DNA of 64,000 nt from an uncultured Acidobacteriota bacterium (GCA_963732135.1 CAVSYC010000004.1:34484-98483); one strand, 5' to 3'. Numbered from the stretch's first letter, positions 18,156-29,004 are shown. Program-made: numbers and translations. Notes: generated by a model not told the origin, from the sequence alone.

Positions 18156-21100
18156 GTGACCCAAACAGAACTAATGACCGACGCCAATCAAGTTCGAATT
18201 AACGAGCTGGCCCGTGAGCTCGAAGTCAAAGCAAAGGCCATCATTGACCTTCTGCCAGGCTTCGGGGTTACGGAGAAAAAGACTCACTCCAGCTCGATAC
18301 CGGTCGATGTTGCCGAAAAAGTTCGCGGCGCCATTCAGGGGCAAGCGCAAGCTGACGCAGCCGCCGAGTCCGCCGCAGTGTCTGAGAAACAGGCTCGCGA
18401 GGCCGCTGCAAGAGCTGCTCGTCAGAGGCCTGCTGCTCCTCCGGCCGTCGCTGCGCCGCCTTCCGCTGCGCCTGCCGCTCCGGCCCACGTCCCTGCGCCC
18501 GCAGTTCCTGTCCCGCCAACGGCAGCCAAGCCTGCTGTGCCCGCTGTTCCGCCAACTGCTCCGTACCAAGCTCCGCCGACTCAAACGCCACCAGCACCCG
18601 CCGCTTCCGCGCCAGCCGGACCGCCGAAACCGGCGCCGACGCCGGTCGCTCCTTCAGCCCAGACTCCTGCCGCGCCAGTCGCCGCTCGACCTGCGGCTCC
18701 AACAGTTCAACGTCCATCCGCTCCGGCTGCGCCTCAGGCTCAAGCACCATCCGCACCCAAACCAGTTCAGCCAACTCCACACGGACAGCCCTTACGCCCA
18801 GCCGCCCAAGGTACACCCGGCGCTGCGCCTTCACAGCGTCCCGTCTCGCCCGGCCAACAACGGCCGGGTCAGCCAGGAGCCGCCCGGCCTGCGGCTGGCG
18901 CTTCCGCGCGACCCGGCACCGGCACTCAGCCCCAACGTCCTTTGCCGACCGGGAATCGCGGCCCTCTTCCAACCGGAAATCGCGGACCGATGCCAACCGG
19001 CAATCGTGGTCCTTTGCCGTCCGGTGATCGTCCGAGCGGCCCACGTCCCGGCCAGCCCATGCGGCCGAATCAGCCGATGCGTCCGCAACAAGGTGGACCC
19101 GGCGGGCAAGGTCGCCCCTATTCTCCTCGTCCTACCGGGCCTGGTGGCCCTGGCGGTCCGCAAAATCGTCCGTACGGCCAGCGTCCCGGCGCAGTTCCGT
19201 CCGGCACGCGTCCTGGCCCGCGCCAACCCGGCCGGCCAGGCATGCTTCCCGCTCCGCCGCCGGACAAAATGCCGTCTCGCGCCGAGCCCGGCAAGCCTCT
19301 CTATACTCGCCGCCCCACGCAACGCCAGCGTCCCGGCGCCGATAAGCGCGAGATGGAAGGTGAGCGCAAGCTACATCCAACCCGGCAACGTCCCGGTGCA
19401 GGCGATCGCCGTTCCGTTATGCCGATCGCTCCGCCTGAGCCCCGCGCCCCACGCGACATTCAGATCACCGAGGGCATTACCATTCGCGAGCTCGCCGAGA
19501 AACTCGACGTTCGCGCCAAAGAACTTCTGAAAGTTCTGCTCGACAAAGGCATTTTCGCCAGCATTAACCAGGCTCTTGATTCGCCCACTGCAACCCAGCT
19601 TGCCGAATCGTTTAACGGTGTCGTCACCGTCGTCTCTTTCGAAGACGAAATGATGCTCGAGGTCGCCAAGGAAGAGACCAAGGAAAATCTCAAGCCGCGT
19701 CCGCCTGTCGTCACCGTCATGGGCCACGTCGACCACGGCAAAACCAGTTTGTTGGACGCCATCCGTTCAGAAGACGTAGCTGCAGGCGAAGCTGGCGGCA
19801 TCACTCAGCATATCGGCGCATACAAAATTCAGGTCAACGATCGTGCGGTGGTTTTCGTTGACACTCCCGGCCACGAAGCCTTCACTCGCATGCGCGCGCG
19901 CGGCGCAAAAGTTACCGACATCGTGGTGTTGGTCGTCGCTGCGGACGATGGAGTCATGCCGCAAACCAAGGAAGCCATCGACCACGCCAAAGCCGCCAAC
20001 GTTCCCATCATCGTGGCCATCAACAAAATCGATAAGCCCGAAGCGCAAGTGGAACGCGTCAAGCGCCAGCTCAGCGATCTCGGGCTGATGCCCGCGGAAT
20101 GGGGCGGCGACACGGAATTCGTCGAAGTTTCCGCCAAACAGAAAAAGGGTCTCGATCGCCTGCTGGAAATTATTCTGCTCGTAGCCGATTTGCGCGAACT
20201 CAAAGCCAATCCAGACGCGCCAGGCAGTGGCACCGTCCTCGAATCTCGCGTGGACAAAGGCCGCGGCCCAGTCGCCACCATCCTTATTCAAAACGGCACG
20301 CTCAAGGCCAGTGACTTCTTCATCTGCGGCGCAGTCTTCGGTAAAGTGCGGGCTCTTTTCGACGATCATGGCCGCTCCATAAAAGAAGCTGGACCGTCCA
20401 CTCCCGTCGAAGTCCTCGGCCTGCAAGGCGTTCCAGAAGCGGGCGACCATTTCCAGGTCACCGACGAAGCCAAGGCTCGCCACATCGTGGATTATCGCCA
20501 AGGCAAGCAACGCGATGCGCAACTCCGCGCCAGCGCCGGCGGCCGCATCACTCTCGATCAGCTGCACGAGCAGTTGAAGACCGGCGAAGTGAAAGAACTC
20601 GGCGTGGTCATCAAGGCCGACGTGCAGGGCTCGGTCGAAGTTCTCAGCGAAATGTTGCCGAAGCTTTCCACCGACCAGGTCAAACTCAAGATTATCGGGT
20701 CCGGTGTAGGCGCAGTCAGCGAAAACGACGTGTTGCTCGCGTCCGCCTCTGGCGCCATCATCATCGCTTTCGGTGTTCGCCCCGAGCGCAAAGCCGCCGA
20801 CCTCGCTCAGCAAGAGGGCGTGGACATTCGCACCCACAAAATCATTTACGAAGTTTCCGACGAAATTAAAAAAGCGATGGAAGGGCTGCTCGAACCAGTC
20901 TTCCAGGAGAGCTACCTCGGCCGCGCGGAAGTTCGTAACACCTTCCGCGTCAAGGGCGCCGGCACTATCGCCGGCTGTTACGTAACCGATGGCGTCCTCA
21001 ACCGCCAGGCGCAAATACGTGTGATTCGCGACGGCGTCGTCATCAACACTTCCAAACTCAGCTCTTTGAAACGGTTCAAGGACGACGCCAGCGAAGTTCG

Positions 21101-21233
21101 CACCGGCTTCGAATGTGGCGTAGGCATCTCCAATTTCAACGACGTCAAAATCGGCGACATACTGGAAGCCTTCAGCATTCAAAAAGTGAGCGGCGCGGAA
21201 GCCGCCGCGCAAGTCGGCGCCGCCCGCCGTTAA
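18156..21233 (+). CDS. infB: Translation initiation factor IF-2
   Basis: [12 protein letters not shown]-domain, [41 protein letters not shown]-terminal GFECG. Start GTG 18156 or ATG 18174. Confidence 0.98.
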   Translation: MTQTELMTDANQVRINELARELEVKAKAIIDLLPGFGVTEKKTHSSSIPVDVAEKVRGAIQGQAQADAAAESAAVSEKQAREAAARAARQRPAAPPAVAAPPSAAPAAPAHVPAPAVPVPPTAAKPAVPAVPPTAPYQAPPTQTPPAPAASAPAGPPKPAPTPVAPSAQTPAAPVAARPAAPTVQRPSAPAAPQAQAPSAPKPVQPTPHGQPLRPAAQGTPGAAPSQRPVSPGQQRPGQPGAARPAAGASARPGTGTQPQRPLPTGNRGPLPTGNRGPMPTGNRGPLPSGDRPSGPRPGQPMRPNQPMRPQQGGPGGQGRPYSPRPTGPGGPGGPQNRPYGQRPGAVPSGTRPGPRQPGRPGMLPAPPPDKMPSRAEPGKPLYTRRPTQRQRPGADKREMEGERKLHPTRQRPGAGDRRSVMPIAPPEPRAPRDIQITEGITIRELAEKLDVRAKELLKVLLDKGIFASINQALDSPTATQLAESFNGVVTVVSFEDEMMLEVAKEETKENLKPRPPVVTVMGHVDHGKTSLLDAIRSEDVAAGEAGGITQHIGAYKIQVNDRAVVFVDTPGHEAFTRMRARGAKVTDIVVLVVAADDGVMPQTKEAIDHAKAANVPIIVAINKIDKPEAQVERVKRQLSDLGLMPAEWGGDTEFVEVSAKQKKGLDRLLEIILLVADLRELKANPDAPGSGTVLESRVDKGRGPVATILIQNGTLKASDFFICGAVFGKVRALFDDHGRSIKEAGPSTPVEVLGLQGVPEAGDHFQVTDEAKARHIVDYRQGKQRDAQLRASAGGRITLDQLHEQLKTGEVKELGVVIKADVQGSVEVLSEMLPKLSTDQVKLKIIGSGVGAVSENDVLLASASGAIIIAFGVRPERKAADLAQQEGVDIRTHKIIYEVSDEIKKAMEGLLEPVFQESYLGRAEVRNTFRVKGAGTIAGCYVTDGVLNRQAQIRVIRDGVVINTSKLSSLKRFKDDASEVRTGFECGVGISNFNDVKIGDILEAFSIQKVSGAEAAAQVGAARR
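18939..19034 (+). repeat. In-frame 24-bp x4 repeat in infB encoding P(L/M)P(T/S)G(N/D)R(G/P)
   Basis: [32 protein letters not shown], with synonymous divergence between units. Confidence 0.85.
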
Positions 21234-21313
21234 GTTCGTTCAAATTGAGCAGTATTTGAGCCGCATCGCGTTTGCACTTTTGCGCTCTTACACTCTTATA
21301 CTTCTCTTCTGAA

Positions 21314-21595
21314 ATGCCCGTAGGCCTCCTCACTCTCGAACTCCGCCTCCCGGATGCCCACTCCCTTAAGGACAAGCGCCAAATCCTCCGCAGCCTCAAG
21401 GACCGCCTCCGCCGCAAATTCAACGTCGCCGTCGCCGAACTGGATTTTCAGGACGTCTGGCAATCCTCCACCATCGGCATCGTCACTCTCTCCAATGCCG
21501 AACAACACGTCGAAGAGTCCCTGCAACACGTCCTGCGCGAAGCCGAACGCCTGCTGGGCCCCATCCTGGTAGATCACTCCGTAGATTTCCTCTAA
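21314..21595 (+). CDS. DUF503 (YlxP-like) protein
   Basis: MPVGLLTLELRLPDAHSLKDKRQILRSLKDRLRRKFNVAVAELD; typical position between infB and rbfA. Confidence 0.9.
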   Translation: MPVGLLTLELRLPDAHSLKDKRQILRSLKDRLRRKFNVAVAELDFQDVWQSSTIGIVTLSNAEQHVEESLQHVLREAERLLGPILVDHSVDFL

Positions 21596-21639
21596 CTCAC
21601 AAGAGTTCGGATGCCGGCGTTTTGTTTTACTCGGGCAGT

Positions 21640-21710
21640 TGTAGCGGCCGGCCTTCAGCCGGTGCATCTGACTTTTGTTCTGCGGTGGTAGCCTCGGGTT
21701 TCAACCCCGG
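21640..21710 (+). repeat. Two GTAG-type REP elements (family B)
   Basis: TGTAGCGGCCGGCCTTCAGCCGGT (21640-21663) and GTAGCCTCGGGTTTCAACCCCGG (21688-21710). Confidence 0.65.
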
Positions 21711-21807
21711 CCGAAGCATTTTTCTTCGCCACTCTCTTGTGCCAGCATTTCCATTACGCTAAAAAACAATTCATAATGTTTATGTCCTCGCCATCGCGCA
21801 GGCCAAC

Positions 21808-22176
21808 ATGACCACCGTCAACCATCGTCACGAACGTATCGGCGAAGAAATCGCCCACGAAATCAATGCCATGCTCGCCGGCGAATTAAAGGACCCGCGC
21901 CTGGAAATTTCTGTCGTCGTCAATCAAGTCCTCATCGCCCAGGACATGCGTCACGCCCGCGTCCTGGTTGGCGCGCGAGGCACTCAAGCCGAACAAAAAG
22001 GCGCCATCAAAGCTCTCGAACACGCCGCCAACTTCATCCGCCACGAAATTATCGAACGCCTGCAACTGCGCCGCGTCCCGGAACTCCACTTCACTCTCGA
22101 CAATTCCCAGGAGTACACCGAACGCATCGATCAAATCCTCAAAGAAATGAAGAAGGACTCCCCGCCCACATCATGA
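21808..22176 (+). CDS. rbfA: 30S ribosome-binding factor RbfA
   Basis: RHERIGEEIAHEI, LKDPRL, DMRHARV, LRRVPELHFTLDNS. Confidence 0.93.
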   Translation: MTTVNHRHERIGEEIAHEINAMLAGELKDPRLEISVVVNQVLIAQDMRHARVLVGARGTQAEQKGAIKALEHAANFIRHEIIERLQLRRVPELHFTLDNSQEYTERIDQILKEMKKDSPPTS

Positions 22177-22289
22177 CGCGTTCGACTGCTCACGGGTGCA
22201 GCAACATCTTTCTCGTCCCTTTGAATTTTCCACTTGCGATTTCCAATTCCGACCGTGCGCAGCTCACGTATCGATCGCGCGCCGCCGGC

Positions 22290-22317
22290 CACCAGTCACT
22301 TTTCACCAGTCACTGAT
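22290..22317. repeat. Heptamer tandem array
   Basis: CACCAGT CACTTTT CACCAGT CACTGAT, ending 6 nt before the truB ATG. Confidence 0.55.
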
Positions 22318-22323
22318 CCTTCC

Positions 22324-23298
22324 ATGCCCCGCAAACCACAACCCGCGCCCTTCGACGGCGCTCTCGTCATCGACAAGCCACAAGGCAAAACCTCGCACGA
22401 CATCGTCGACGCCGTCCGTCACCTCGCCGGAATGCGCCAGATCGGCCATCTTGGCACGCTCGATCCGCTAGCCACGGGAGTCCTCGTTCTGCTCCTCGGA
22501 CGCGCCACCCGCTTCGTCCAGTTCTACACCGGCCGCCGTAAACGCTACACCGCCGGCTTCCGTTTCGGCTTTGCCACCGACACTTACGATTCCGAGGGCC
22601 AGGCGCAAGGTCCGGACCATCCTCCCGTTCTCGATCGCGGCACTCTCGAAAAATTAGCCAACGAACGCGTCGGCCTCTTCGCCCAGATGCCACCCATCTA
22701 CTCAGCCAAAAAAATTCACGGCCGACCCGCCTACGAACTGGCCAGAAAAAATCTGCCAGTGGAACTCAAGCCGGTAGAAGTGGAAGTCTTCGAATACCGC
22801 CTCGTAGAAATCGAAGGAACTATCGCGCGTTTCGTAATCGAATGTTCTTCCGGCACCTACATTCGCTCCCTCGCCCACGAAATGGGGGAAAAACTCGGTT
22901 GCGGCGCGCACCTCACAGAAATCTCCCGCACCGCGGTCGGCGAATTTTCCCTCGATCAGGCGCTCAAGCTCGAAGAAGTGGCCGAAGCTTCACGCAACGG
23001 AAAATTCGAATCCTGCCTCATTAAGCTGGAACATCTCCTGCCCAATTTCCCCAGCGTCAATGTCCTCCCGGTAGTCGAAAAGCGCGTCCGCCACGGCTCC
23101 AAATTCACCATCACTCTTTCGCAACTCCAGCCCGGCCGCACCGAACCACCTCCGGGTGCTACCACGCAACTGGACTCAGGCGAAGCCAAACCGCCACGCC
23201 TCCGCGTCTTCAACCAGCAGCAAAAATTAATCGCCATAGCCGAAGCCGTGGTCCCCCGCACCTACCAACCCACAGTAGTCTTCGATCCCTTACCCTGA
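22324..23298 (+). CDS. truB: tRNA pseudouridine(55) synthase TruB
   Basis: DGALVIDKPQGKTSHD, GHLGTLDPLATGVL, QMPPIYSAKK, CSSGTYIRSLA. Confidence 0.96.
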   Translation: MPRKPQPAPFDGALVIDKPQGKTSHDIVDAVRHLAGMRQIGHLGTLDPLATGVLVLLLGRATRFVQFYTGRRKRYTAGFRFGFATDTYDSEGQAQGPDHPPVLDRGTLEKLANERVGLFAQMPPIYSAKKIHGRPAYELARKNLPVELKPVEVEVFEYRLVEIEGTIARFVIECSSGTYIRSLAHEMGEKLGCGAHLTEISRTAVGEFSLDQALKLEEVAEASRNGKFESCLIKLEHLLPNFPSVNVLPVVEKRVRHGSKFTITLSQLQPGRTEPPPGATTQLDSGEAKPPRLRVFNQQQKLIAIAEAVVPRTYQPTVVFDPLP

Positions 23299-23310
23299 AT
23301 GTAGTTTTCA

Positions 23311-23336
23311 GTAGGGCGCGACTCGTTGTGCCCCAC
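23311..23336 (+). repeat. GTAG-type REP-like element
   Basis: GTAGGGCGCGACTCGTTGTGCCCCAC imperfect hairpin after truB. Confidence 0.5.
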
Positions 23337-23470
23337 GAAGGCAAGATTTCAACCGCCGCTCTTTCCTTTGCTGTCTTTCTCTGTGAACTGCGGCTCCGCG
23401 TTATCCTTTCTCCGTCTTTTGATTGCGTGCTAAATTCAATACATTCTCGCCCGGATCGCACGAGGACCTC

Positions 23471-24514
23471 ATGCTTGCCAAACTAGCAGTCGGTATCGCA
23501 ACTGTTTCTTTCCTGACTTTCGCCCAATCCACCGCGCTCCTCGCCCAGACCACGCCTCGTGAATCCCTCCTCGTCCTCTCCAAACAAGATCACACCGTAG
23601 CCATCGTCGATCCCACCACGCTCAAAGTTCTCGCGCGCATTCCGGTGGGCAATGATCCCCACGAAGTCATCGCATCCTCCGACGGAAACACCGCCTACGT
23701 TTCAAACTACGGTGGCGGCGCTTACAACACACTTACCGCCGTCGATGTCGCCTTGCAGACTCTGCTCAATACCATCGATCTCGGCCCGCTTCGTGGCCCC
23801 CACGGTCTCGATTTCGTTGGCGGTAAAGTCTGGTTCACCGCCGAAGCCGCCAAAGCCATCGGCAGCTATGATCCGGCCTCAAGCAAAGTCGATTGGATTT
23901 TAGGCACCGGCCAAAATCGCACTCACATGATTTACGTTGCGCCGGATGTGAAGCGCATCGTCACCACCAATGTCAGTTCCGGCACCGTCAGCATCATCGA
24001 AAGTTCCGAAAACCGTTCGCCGAACGCAGCTGCAAACGCTGCGCCGTCCAGCCCGCCTCGCGAAGACTGGAATGAGAGCGTCATCAAGGTTGGCAACGGC
24101 TCTGAAGGATTCGACGTCTCTCCTGATCGCAAGGAAATTTGGGTAGCCAATGCGCAGGACGGCACAATCTCCATCATCGACGCCGCACAAAAGAGCGTTA
24201 CACAAACGCTCGCTGCCAATGTTCGCGGCGCCAATCGGCTCAAATTTACGCCCAACGGCAAATTGGTACTGGTGTCGGCTCTTCGCAGTCCGGACGTCGT
24301 GGTTTTCGATGCCGCCGTCCGCAAGGAAATCAAACGGGTCCCAGTGGGTCACGGCGCCGCCGGAATCCAGATGCAGCCAGATGGCTCTCGGGCATTCGTC
24401 GCCTGTACGCCCGACAACTACGTCGTCGCCATTGACTTAAAATCCCTGCAAGTCACCGCGCACATAGATGCCGGCGGCGGACCTGACGGCATGGCCTGGG
24501 CCGGCCGCCGCTAG
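23471..24514 (+). CDS. Exported YncE/YVTN-family beta-propeller protein
   Basis: Signal peptide; blades IPVGNDPHEV, GPHGL, TGQNRTHM, VGNGSEGFDVSPD, VGHGAAGI, AGGGPDGMAW. ATG 23471 after GAGGA. Confidence 0.8.
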   Translation: MLAKLAVGIATVSFLTFAQSTALLAQTTPRESLLVLSKQDHTVAIVDPTTLKVLARIPVGNDPHEVIASSDGNTAYVSNYGGGAYNTLTAVDVALQTLLNTIDLGPLRGPHGLDFVGGKVWFTAEAAKAIGSYDPASSKVDWILGTGQNRTHMIYVAPDVKRIVTTNVSSGTVSIIESSENRSPNAAANAAPSSPPREDWNESVIKVGNGSEGFDVSPDRKEIWVANAQDGTISIIDAAQKSVTQTLAANVRGANRLKFTPNGKLVLVSALRSPDVVVFDAAVRKEIKRVPVGHGAAGIQMQPDGSRAFVACTPDNYVVAIDLKSLQVTAHIDAGGGPDGMAWAGRR

Positions 24515-24589
24515 TCACAACACTCTTGTTGTCTGATTTTAAAAATGCGCACGGGTACTTCGTCGCGTATTTCATTCCGGGAGAAAACA

Positions 24590-25138
24590 ATGAGCACTAA
24601 ACCACACAGCGCAGCGCAATCCGCAAGTTCCGTTCCGCCCGACGATCCGCAGCGCAACCTCGTCGCCAGCCAGGCAGAGGATCGCAACCTGCCGCACATC
24701 GGACTGGTTGGCGATACCTACACCACACTTCTAACCGGCAAGGACACCGCTGACCGCTTTTGCCTGATCGACATGCACGTTCCGCCTGGAGGCGGACCGC
24801 CTCCCCACCGCCACGACTTCGAAGAATCGTTCGTTGTTCTCGAAGGCGAGATTGAGACCATCTTTCGTGGCGCAAAGTCCATCGTAACCGCGGGCAAGAC
24901 CATTCACATCCCCGCCAACGCCCCGCACCAGTTCCGAAACGCGAGCGAAAAACCGGCGCGCCTCCTCTGCATTTGCTCAACCGCAGGCCAGGAAGAGTTC
25001 TTCGCGCAAGTCGGCGCCCCGGTCGCCACCCGTACTACAGCTCCGCCCAAACTCGACGACAAAGCCCAGGCAGAATTCAGAGCCAAAGCCCAGGCGCTCG
25101 CCCCAAAATACAAAACCGAGTTCCTGCAACACGCCTAA
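24590..25138 (+). CDS. Cupin-domain protein
   Basis: PPGGGPPPHRHDFEESFVVLEGE and IPANAPHQF cupin metal motifs. Confidence 0.85.
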   Translation: MSTKPHSAAQSASSVPPDDPQRNLVASQAEDRNLPHIGLVGDTYTTLLTGKDTADRFCLIDMHVPPGGGPPPHRHDFEESFVVLEGEIETIFRGAKSIVTAGKTIHIPANAPHQFRNASEKPARLLCICSTAGQEEFFAQVGAPVATRTTAPPKLDDKAQAEFRAKAQALAPKYKTEFLQHA

Positions 25139-25308
25139 AATCCATTTCGCTGCGAGCGTCAAACCATCTACGGATGCTCGGTCGCTTCCTTCATGAATTG
25201 CGTTGCTGTGTCTAAAGCATACGTGGATAGGGGAGAAAAACACATCGCGACAATGTAATACGCGTGTGGCTGCACCGTATTCAAGGAATATTCCTACAAG
25301 AATTTCTC

Positions 25309-25800
25309 CTACGGCTTGGCCAGCGTGATCTGCTCCGCCACGCACTGCCACCGCCCATCGCGCAAAATCCAAGTATCAATGAACCGTTCATAGCGATGCG
25401 TCGGCGCTCCGTTGCTGCCTTTGGTCGTGATGTCATCCAGGCCGCTCGCGATCACCGTGTTTGTTGCTACCGCATGTGCCACCAGCACCTGCATCTTCAG
25501 ACTAATCACCCGTGGCGCCTCTTCCTTGTAACCGGTCACCATCGTCTCTTTATTTCCCAGACTCCCATCCGAATCCACAATCACAAAATCGTCAGAAATC
25601 ATTTTCGAAAGCTTTGCCCAGTCATTCGCCTGCTGAATCGCAAACCATTCCTGCTCCAGCTTGGTGACCGCGCGCTCAGCTTCCGCAAAGCCGGACGCTT
25701 TGCCCGCTTGCCCTGCACGCGCGTTACTGTTCCATGCGCCCACGCACATCAACAAAACCGCCGACCCTGCGGCAATCTTCCGCACAACTCCGTGATTCAT
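25309..25800 (-). CDS. Exported NTF2-like (DUF4440) protein
   Basis: Signal peptide; LEQEW...ISDDFVIVDSDG...RFIDTWILRDGRWQCVA NTF2-like pattern. Confidence 0.75.
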   Translation of the reverse strand: MNHGVVRKIAAGSAVLLMCVGAWNSNARAGQAGKASGFAEAERAVTKLEQEWFAIQQANDWAKLSKMISDDFVIVDSDGSLGNKETMVTGYKEEAPRVISLKMQVLVAHAVATNTVIASGLDDITTKGSNGAPTHRYERFIDTWILRDGRWQCVAEQITLAKP

Positions 25801-25941
25801 TTGCGCGTTCTCCTTACCATCCGCCAATAATGTCGAAGGGATAAAACTAAAGACACCTAACGATAGTCGTAAAGAAGCGAACGATGGAAGTTGTTTCTCG
25901 AATCCCGCTACGCAAGATTCACGGAGGGAACTGCAGCATCC

Positions 25942-28900
25942 TTACGGCTCTGGCTCTGAAGGAGTCGGCGCGGGTGACGGTGCGCCCGCACCACCTGCCC
26001 CGCCACGCCCGGCGAATCTGGTCAACGACGTTCTCACGCGGTCACTCATCCGCCGCGGCGTCACCACGATCAACAATTCCGTGTCAGTCAACGAGGTATT
26101 CCGTTGCCCAAACGCGTAGCCTACGCCCGGCAAATTCGCCAGCCCCGGAATCCCGCTCAGCGATTTTGTTTCTTCGTTGTCCAGTAGCCCCGCGACGATC
26201 GAAGGTTCGCCTTCTTTCAGCCTGACCGTCTGCGAAACCGTGCGGTTGGTGATAATCGGAATTCCGTTTACGTTGTTCCCGGCCAGCGCTCGAATCTCGA
26301 ATTCCAACTGCAGCGTCACCTCATTTTCTTCATGCACCGTCGGAGTAGCTTTTACCTTAATTCCCAGATCTATATATTCCGATCCCGGATAGGGAGTCTG
26401 CTGCGCTCCGCCGATTCCCGATGCGAAACTCGAAGGGTCCAGCAGCACAGTTACAAAATTGTTGTTCCCTGAGCTGGCCGTCAGCACCGCGTCGGGCAAG
26501 CCGCTTGATGTCAGCAACGCGGTGATTAACGCCAACGGCCCCGGTGGCGTGCTCAATTCGATTCGCGATGAAAATTGTCCCGAGCCCAGACCTGCGTAAA
26601 CGCCCAGCGTGCCCGCTCCGTTATTGGTCACCGCGATGTCGCCAATTCCATCGTTTGTGAAGTCCGCAATCGCCACGCCCGCTGGAGTTGCCGCCGTTGC
26701 CAGCGGCGAGCCGGCAGCCGCGGTAAACACGCCAGTCGTGTCGTTCAGCAGCACCGTCACTGTATTCTCCGATTGGTTTACAACCGCGAAATCATCAATG
26801 TTATCGGCATTCAAATCGCCCACTGCAAAGGCCACCGGATCGGGGCCCGTCGCCACCGGCGACCCGCTCAATTCCGCAAACGTTCCGTTGAATGTGCTGT
26901 CACCCGTTGCCTGAAAAATTCCGATGTTCTGTGTCGCAGCATTTAACACGGCAATTTCCGGCCTGCCCGATTGGTCAAACGTGCCGGACAGCACCGCAAT
27001 CGGCCCCTTTTCCGCGCTTGGCAGTGCAAATGGCGACTTTGGAAACGGAGTGAACCCACCCTGCCCGTCGCCCTGAAAAACCGAAATGGTGTTGTCTCCC
27101 TGATTGATCACTGCAAAGTCCAGCAACCCATCGCCGTTGAAGTCCGCAATCACCACGCCGCTGGGCTTAGCCCCCACCGCGAACGGCGAACCCGTCGCCT
27201 CCGTGAATGTGCCATCAAAATTCTCGCTGCCCAGCAGCACGCTCACCGTATTCGATCCGCTGTTCGCGATCACCAGGTCCGCGGGCTGCACCAGGTGCGT
27301 CGCGTCTGTCAGACGAAAAATCTTGGAAGCGATGGCCGAAGGCAGCAGCTCGTTAGTGCCCAGTTTGATCGGCGATCCCGCGGTCGCGGTAAAATTTCCA
27401 TTATCGTTGTTAAATAAAATTGAGATGGAACCGTCGTTTTGATTCGCCACCGCCAGGTCCAGCAGCGCATCGTTGTTGAAATCCTGCGCCACAACCGCAA
27501 CCGGATTATTCCCAACCGCAAAATCCGTTCGCGCGAATACCGTCGAGGAAACAGCGCTCCCAACAGACGTTCCGCCCAGGCTCGTGGACAACAGCGACAA
27601 CGTCACCGGAAATCGCTGCCCCACAAAAAATGTTGCCGCTTTTCCATCCTGCGCCCGCATCAGGATTTGCCGACCGCTCTTCACCAGCGATAACCCGTTG
27701 GAAAATGTTGCGGACGCGCTCGGCATGGTCAGCAAAAACGTGCTTCTTCCTCCACCCACCGGCAAAACGTCCGTAGGGCTCGCTGTAATGCCATGTGCAG
27801 TAAACACCTGCGTCACCAATGAAAGTAAGTTCGTGATGTCGGTGGCCTGCTCCAATTGCGCAACGTCTGACGTGCTGAGCGGGAACGCTTGTACATTCGC
27901 CGGCGGCGTTATGCCCAGCGTTCTCGCCGCGTTTCGGTCCACTTCCAGCAGCTCGATATCCAGCATCACGTCCCGGCGCGCCTGCTCCAATTCCTTGATC
28001 AACTGTCCGGCCAGCGCCACTTTGTCCGCGCTTTCCCGCACCGTCAGGCTATGGTTGGCGATGTCCGTGGTAATGCGCGTCGAGTTCGTGATTTCGCGGA
28101 TCACCCGGACCATCTCTGTTATATCTTCCGGCGAAACGGTATTGTCCAGCCGGAATGTCTGCTCCAGTTCCTCCGCATACTCTTTGCGCTTGGCAATCGT
28201 GTCCTCGGCCACGAACATCAGCGTTGCATTCACCGCCCGGTAAAATGTTTTTGATTCCGCGCCCAGCAATTGCATCGCGGTATAGAAATCCACGTCGTTT
28301 ACTCGCAGCCTGATATTCTTCGACGCCAGGTCCGGGTCAAACGCCACCGTGATTCCGTACATCCTCGCCACTTGTTCGTACGCGCTCTTCGAATCTCCCC
28401 GCACATTCACGGCTTTTTTGCCCGGCTGCGGTTTCAGCGCCGACGATCCTTTTATCGCGTAATCTTCTTTGTCTCCGCGCGGCAGGTACTCCTTCATCTG
28501 CTTCATCTGCGCCAGCCGCTCCGCTACGATGGTATTTCCCGGATCAATCTTCAGCGCTTCATACATCAAGTCCGTTGCGCTTACGACGAACCCGTCCAGC
28601 GCATCAGTTTCCGCCTGGTCCACTAGTTTTTGCACCACCTCCGCGCGCCTTGCTGCGGCCCTGCGCACAATCCCGGCGTCTCCCGGAGCGCGCTTCACCG
28701 CCTGCTGGTATTCCGCCAAGGCCTCATCCATCCTGCCCGCGGCAAGAAATTTGTCGCCGCGATCAGCCAACTGCTCCGCCTGCTTGATATCTTCTTTCGA
28801 ATCCTTGGCGACTTGCGGTTTATTGGCAGCTTGGCCCAACGTTGCCGTTCCCGCGAGCAAGCAGACGGCGGCCACGCATACCGCACGGCCCAGCTGCCAT

Positions 28901-28956
28901 ACCGGGCTAGCTGCGGTCGACTGACTCCGCCCCTGTCGTAGATCTGCAATTTTCAT
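25942..28956 (-). CDS. Secretin (type II/III secretion system D-like) with N-terminal TPR and an internal 7x FG-GAP propeller
   Basis: Signal peptide, TPR helices, STN/N-domain (GITVAFDPDL), N3 (IANHSLTVRES), secretin strands DVMLDIELLEV, ATFFVGQRFPV, YIDLGIKVKATPTV, RTVSQTVRLKEGE, PGLANLPGVGYAFG, TELLIVVTPR; FG-GAP DFNxDGxxD repeats at about 26430-27535. Confidence 0.88.
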   Translation of the reverse strand: MKIADLRQGRSQSTAASPVWQLGRAVCVAAVCLLAGTATLGQAANKPQVAKDSKEDIKQAEQLADRGDKFLAAGRMDEALAEYQQAVKRAPGDAGIVRRAAARRAEVVQKLVDQAETDALDGFVVSATDLMYEALKIDPGNTIVAERLAQMKQMKEYLPRGDKEDYAIKGSSALKPQPGKKAVNVRGDSKSAYEQVARMYGITVAFDPDLASKNIRLRVNDVDFYTAMQLLGAESKTFYRAVNATLMFVAEDTIAKRKEYAEELEQTFRLDNTVSPEDITEMVRVIREITNSTRITTDIANHSLTVRESADKVALAGQLIKELEQARRDVMLDIELLEVDRNAARTLGITPPANVQAFPLSTSDVAQLEQATDITNLLSLVTQVFTAHGITASPTDVLPVGGGRSTFLLTMPSASATFSNGLSLVKSGRQILMRAQDGKAATFFVGQRFPVTLSLLSTSLGGTSVGSAVSSTVFARTDFAVGNNPVAVVAQDFNNDALLDLAVANQNDGSISILFNNDNGNFTATAGSPIKLGTNELLPSAIASKIFRLTDATHLVQPADLVIANSGSNTVSVLLGSENFDGTFTEATGSPFAVGAKPSGVVIADFNGDGLLDFAVINQGDNTISVFQGDGQGGFTPFPKSPFALPSAEKGPIAVLSGTFDQSGRPEIAVLNAATQNIGIFQATGDSTFNGTFAELSGSPVATGPDPVAFAVGDLNADNIDDFAVVNQSENTVTVLLNDTTGVFTAAAGSPLATAATPAGVAIADFTNDGIGDIAVTNNGAGTLGVYAGLGSGQFSSRIELSTPPGPLALITALLTSSGLPDAVLTASSGNNNFVTVLLDPSSFASGIGGAQQTPYPGSEYIDLGIKVKATPTVHEENEVTLQLEFEIRALAGNNVNGIPIITNRTVSQTVRLKEGEPSIVAGLLDNEETKSLSGIPGLANLPGVGYAFGQRNTSLTDTELLIVVTPRRMSDRVRTSLTRFAGRGGAGGAGAPSPAPTPSEPEP

Positions 28957-28983
28957 AAAGCTCGTGTATTCTATCGCGAAGAA

Positions 28984-29004
28984 ATAGGACTAGATTAGTC
29001 CGAT
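28984..29004. promoter_or_regulatory. Imperfect palindrome, candidate operator in the divergent promoter
   Basis: ATAGGACTAG-A-TTAGTCCGAT (8/10 arm match; core GGACTA-gat-TAGTCC is perfect), abutting TTGACT. Confidence 0.4.

Noticed and set aside
19767-21212. 481-aa minus-strand ORF antisense to infB, and similar long antisense ORFs (e.g. 37092-38285, 29598-30494, 57110-58084, 50912-51754)
   Set aside because: Shadow frames of well-supported genes in high-GC DNA; no recognisable motifs.
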